This document shows positions 60,232-64,000 of a DNA stretch of 64,000 nt, piece by piece. Origin of the DNA: Planctomycetota bacterium. Lineage in GTDB: Bacteria; Planctomycetota; MHYJ01; WSZJ01; JACPWG01. The position numbers and the translations under genes were made by a program. The number at the start of each line of letters is the position of its first letter. Positions within the stretch are counted from its first letter, which is position 1. The notes beneath the pieces were generated by a model. That model had not been told where the DNA came from. It searched no databases and saw nothing but the letters and a program-made list of their open reading frames with translations. The DNA lies in the NCBI GenBank assembly GCA_016197205.1, contig JACPWG010000100.1:8250-72249 (forward strand), given 5' to 3'.

Positions 60232-60365
60232 AAGACCTCGCCGCCGAGCAACCCGGACGCCGCCGCCTTGACCCGGCACCGAACGCCCGCGTATAATGCG
60301 CGTGTGGCGTCAGCAAAAAGAGCGAGAAGCTCCACCCCAGTCGAGCTGCTGCCGAGGGCACAGAC

Positions 60366-61148
60366 ATGCCGAGCCCCTTCCCGGGCATGGACCCCTACCT
60401 TGAAGACCCGAGCCTCTTCGCGGGCTTCCACGAGGGTCTGGCGGTCGAGATGCGCCGCCGGTTGAACAGCCTCCTGCCACGCCCGTACGCGGCCGACGTC
60501 GGCTATCGGTTGGTCACCGACTCGATGGACGACGAGGAAGTCCGCGTCTTTCTTCCCGATGTCGCCGTGCCCCGCGAACCCGCCTCCCCTCTTCGGGAGG
60601 AACGCTCAGCCGCAGGCACCGGCTCCAGGACCGCCCCCGTCTCCCTCCTCATGCCCCTTCCCGTGCCCGCGAAGCAGTGTTACGTGGAAGTGCGTAGCCT
60701 TGCGCCGGAGCGCCTCGTGACCGCGATCGAGATCGTTTCCCGGAGCAACAAAAGGCCCGGAAGCGAAGACCAGGAGGCCTTCGCACGGAAGCGCCTGCGG
60801 TATCTGGCCTCGACGATTCACTATCTTGAAATCGATCTGCTCCGAGATGGGGAACGGTGGCCGGCTGCGGCCGACGAGCCGCGCGCGGCCTACCGAGTGC
60901 TCCTGAGTCGAGCCGACCGCCGCCCCCGTGGGGAGGTCTGGCCGATCCACCTCCCCGATCCCTTGCCCGAGCTGCCGGTCCCCCTCCTGAGGCCGGACGC
61001 TGACGCGATCCTCCCGCTTGCCGCCTGCATGGCCTCCGTCTACGAGGACAGCGCCTACAGCCGGCGGATCGACTATCGTAGACCCGTGCCACGACCGCCC
61101 CTGGAGGAAGAGGCGCAGCGCTTCGTCGACCGACTGTTGGCAAGGTGA
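60366..61148 (+). CDS. DUF4058-family protein (putative PD-(D/E)XK nuclease-like fold)
   Basis: Characteristic N-terminus MPSPFPGMDPYLEDPSLFAGFHEGL. About 260 aa. Confidence 0.6.
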   Translation: MPSPFPGMDPYLEDPSLFAGFHEGLAVEMRRRLNSLLPRPYAADVGYRLVTDSMDDEEVRVFLPDVAVPREPASPLREERSAAGTGSRTAPVSLLMPLPVPAKQCYVEVRSLAPERLVTAIEIVSRSNKRPGSEDQEAFARKRLRYLASTIHYLEIDLLRDGERWPAAADEPRAAYRVLLSRADRRPRGEVWPIHLPDPLPELPVPLLRPDADAILPLAACMASVYEDSAYSRRIDYRRPVPRPPLEEEAQRFVDRLLAR

Positions 61149-61284
61149 CTCGACGACGAACTGCCACACTTCGCGGATCGATGACCGGGGAACCGGCTCT
61201 TTCAATGTCTCGCCCGCAACGGGGCGTCCCGCCTCCCGAAGTCCGCCTTGCTTCCCGTACCCGCCCCGCGGTATCATCGCCGAC

Positions 61285-62805
61285 ATGCGCATCCCACGCC
61301 CGAGGGCTCGCCCCCTCCCCCTCGTCGCCGCCACGCTCGCAGCGCTGCTGATGACGCGATCCGGCCGGGCCCCTGCACAAGAGGACCCCTCCGCCCCGCC
61401 GCCCGGCCCCCACCTCCCCCTCCGGGACGCGAGCGCACTCCCCGCTTCCCTCAGTCTCCGCGGCCGGACGGTCGCGGCCTACTACTTCTACTGGTACGAC
61501 GACGCGACGCAGGCACACGTCGTCGACCCGGACGGCACCGACGCGCTCCAGGACCACCCCGCGCGCAGGAAAGGGTTCTCCTACGCGGACCCCGCTTGGC
61601 ATTTCCGCGAGCTCAGCGACCTGCGCGAGGCAGGGATCGATCTCGTCCTGCCCGTCTTCTGGGGCGTCCCCGGCCGCCACGACGACTGGAACTTCGTCGG
61701 CCTCCGCGCCCTCGTCGCCGCGCTTGATCGTCTCGCGGACCCGCCGCGGGTCGGGCTCTTCTACGACACGACGACGCTCCAGGGGATCGACTTGACAGCG
61801 GAGGACGGACGGCTCCGGTTCTACCGGACCGTCCGCGACTTCTACTCCATGATCCCGCCCGCCCACTGGGCACGCCTCGACGGAAAGCCGCTGGTCTGGC
61901 TGTACTCCTCCCATTTCCCGAAGGCCGTGGACGCCGGCGCGTTCGCACGCCTCCGCGAGGCGCTGAAGACCGACTTCGCCGGGCTGGACGTTTTCGTGAT
62001 CGGCGATCCGGGCTGGGCTCGGCGCGCGCGTGCGTCGGTCCTCGACGCGACCTACGACTGGGGCGCCGCGCTCGGCGGGCCGCGGATTCACCCGGTCGTG
62101 GCGGCCGTCGGCCCGGGCTACGACGACTCCGCGGTGCCCGGACGGCGCACGCCGAAGCGGGACCGCGAGGGCGGCCGCTTCTACGAACGCGGCTGGCGCC
62201 GCGTGCTCCGCTCGGACGCGGCGATCGCCGTGGTGGAAACCTGGAACGAATTCCACGAAGGGACGGACGTCTGCGAGAGCCGGGAGTACGGCCGCGCTTA
62301 CATCGAGGCGACCGCGCGCTTCGCCGACCTCTTCCGGCGGCGAGAGCGTCCGCCGCGCCCCCAGGGGGAGTACGCGGACGCGCGGGAAACGACGTGGCGA
62401 CCCGGCGAGGCACGCGGCCTCCGCGCGGTCGATTGGGAGGACGGCCTGTTCGACCTGGCCGAAGGCGTTCTCCGCACCCGGGAGAACCGCTTCAGCCCCT
62501 ACCGCTATGCATACTTTGACGTCGACGACGATTTCGCGCCGGAGGAACCGGCGGACCTCGAGGTCTCCGCCGAGGTGTTGGACGACGGGACCGGCATCGT
62601 CCAGCTCTCCTACAACGGGGCCGACGACGTCTACGTCCGCGGCCCGCGCATCAGGCTCACGGACACAAGGGCGTGGCGGAAGCTGGTATTCCCGCTACGG
62701 GGCGCGCTGCTCCGGAACGCGCAAAACGGCGGCGCCGACTTCCGGTTCGCGATCGGGGAGCAGGACCTGTCGATCCGGCGCGTCGTCGTCCGCCGCCGGG
62801 AGTGA
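61285..62805 (+). CDS. secreted glycoside-hydrolase-family-99-like domain protein
   Basis: Signal peptide MRIPRPRARPLPLVAATLAALLMTRSGRAPA. Motifs AYYFYWYD and VETWNEFHEGTDV resemble GH99-like proteins. Confidence 0.55.
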   Translation: MRIPRPRARPLPLVAATLAALLMTRSGRAPAQEDPSAPPPGPHLPLRDASALPASLSLRGRTVAAYYFYWYDDATQAHVVDPDGTDALQDHPARRKGFSYADPAWHFRELSDLREAGIDLVLPVFWGVPGRHDDWNFVGLRALVAALDRLADPPRVGLFYDTTTLQGIDLTAEDGRLRFYRTVRDFYSMIPPAHWARLDGKPLVWLYSSHFPKAVDAGAFARLREALKTDFAGLDVFVIGDPGWARRARASVLDATYDWGAALGGPRIHPVVAAVGPGYDDSAVPGRRTPKRDREGGRFYERGWRRVLRSDAAIAVVETWNEFHEGTDVCESREYGRAYIEATARFADLFRRRERPPRPQGEYADARETTWRPGEARGLRAVDWEDGLFDLAEGVLRTRENRFSPYRYAYFDVDDDFAPEEPADLEVSAEVLDDGTGIVQLSYNGADDVYVRGPRIRLTDTRAWRKLVFPLRGALLRNAQNGGADFRFAIGEQDLSIRRVVVRRRE

Positions 62806-63639
62806 GGACGGACCGAAGGCGTCTCGTCGCGGGAGGGTGGAGGCAAGGAGAGAGGGGCGGGCGGGCGGAGGGAGTGGCCCGGCGAGCACCGGTCGCGCCC
62901 GAACGGCGCCGGCGGGAGACCGAGGGGAGCCCCCGGCGGCGGACGGGGGCGGGGACGGAGGGCTTCGGGGGGGGGTCGCAGGGCCACTCAGGCCCCGGTC
63001 GGGCCACCTCGCTTCACCGCTCGGCGTTTCGCAGCCCTTCGCCTGGCAACCTCGGCCCGCCGCTTCCTGGAATAGAGACGGAGGGGTGGGAAGGGCGCGG
63101 GTCGGACCTGGAAAACCTGACGACCTCCGCTTTCGAAGGCCTCCACGAACATATCGAGGATCTCCTCGTGGGAAACTGGGCGCGGGATCGGTTTCTTCAT
63201 GGTTTTCTCCCTTCCGGGGATGTCAGCCATACTCCGTTCAATATACAACCGACCGCCTCCTGGTTCAAGGCCCGCCCCATTCCAGCCAAAGTTCGCCGCA
63301 AGCCTCGAAGCCCACGCAGCAGGTGTGGCGAGCTGGGGTCGATCCAAGACTCGATCACGGTCACCCAGTCCCAGTGCGTTCGAGCGCCGGGTCCCCGCCC
63401 ATCGCGCCATTCACCGACGCCGCGACCGTAGGCGGTCGCGCCGCCGAAGAGCTCGGCGAGAAGTCGGAGCAGCCGAAGGATCCACCGATTTTGGAGGTCC
63501 ACGGGGACATGCTTCGAGGTACGATCTCCCTCCGGCACGAAGACCCAGAGGCAGTGGTGGAACGGAAAACTCGGGGGGCCTGCAAGGGCAAGCCGATTTG
63601 CCTGCTTCCTCTTCATCGCCATCCTCTCCATGCCCATGC

Positions 63640-63830
63640 CCAGCACTACAACGCTACAGCCAAAAGTTCGCCACCTGCGACGGACTCTGCCAAGCTCCGC
63701 CCCTGTTCGTAGTTCCGCCTTCAGGCGGCGCGTGCGGCGAGAACTGCGACACGTGGTTGGCAGCCCCGCCTAAAGGCGGAACTACGAACCAGTTGGGCTC
63801 GAAGGCTCCACTTCTTTAGCGTTGTAGTGC
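63640..63830. repeat. inverted-repeat-bounded element (GCACTACAACGCT ... AGCGTTGTAGTGC) with an internal palindrome GTTCGTAGTTCCGCC...GGCGGAACTACGAAC
   Basis: Ends and interior are reverse-complementary. Single copy in the window. Confidence 0.5.
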
Positions 63831-64000
63831 TAGGCGACTCCGCCTTCGAGTTCGACTTGTTCGACGAGACTCAGCCAGGGCCGGCTGGAGGTTGCGTGAT
63901 GCGTGAAGCCAGGAAGCGCAGTCCTCCACGCCGAAACGAGGGAGCTCGCAGGACACGGCACTGTCCCGGACCCGCACGCCGTGCACGCGCCGGCGATTCG

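Noticed and set aside
63197-63646. 148-aa minus ORF
   Set aside because: Roughly 60% GC3 and no family match. Left as unsupported.

Overview
This is a roughly 70% GC bacterial chromosomal segment. Six-frame ORFs are open almost everywhere, so I assigned coding strand and frame by third-codon-position GC (real frames run about 90% G/C at position 3), by recognisable protein families and by RBS or start context. The window holds ordinary housekeeping genes (purM, purF, purN, ribH, nusB, ftsY, tgt, mnmA, dnaE, sodC, a folate cyclodeaminase, nnrE-like, an MGDG-synthase-like GT28 and a Zn-ADH). It also holds a signalling set: three class-III nucleotidyl cyclases, a cNMP-binding GGDEF protein and an orphan receiver. 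Other content is a three-gene prepilin/pseudopilin cluster ending in a 1131-aa pilin-headed giant, a Tyr-rich PTYY-repeat secreted peptide, a membrane-anchored ACP-like protein, and an AbiEi/AbiEii type IV TA pair with a frameshifted toxin next to tRNA-Asn(GTT). The most unusual property is the noncoding landscape. Almost every intergenic region carries copies of at least seven families of short interspersed repeats. These are a TIR-bounded MITE, a REP-like hairpin, a 200-bp repeat, a TGAGCC-rich 200-bp element, a 46-bp motif, AT-rich heptamer tandem arrays and a CACAGAT-array/GC-core element. Several share a common head, TTAGGGCCCGTAA(A/G)GAAAC. Some of them supply stop codons or C-terminal tails to flanking genes. 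A DUF4058 gene is flanked by 121-bp direct repeats that duplicate the promoter and signal-peptide region of the downstream GH99-like gene. I found no CRISPR array, rRNA, transposase or integrase. Coordinates of repeats are good to a few nucleotides.
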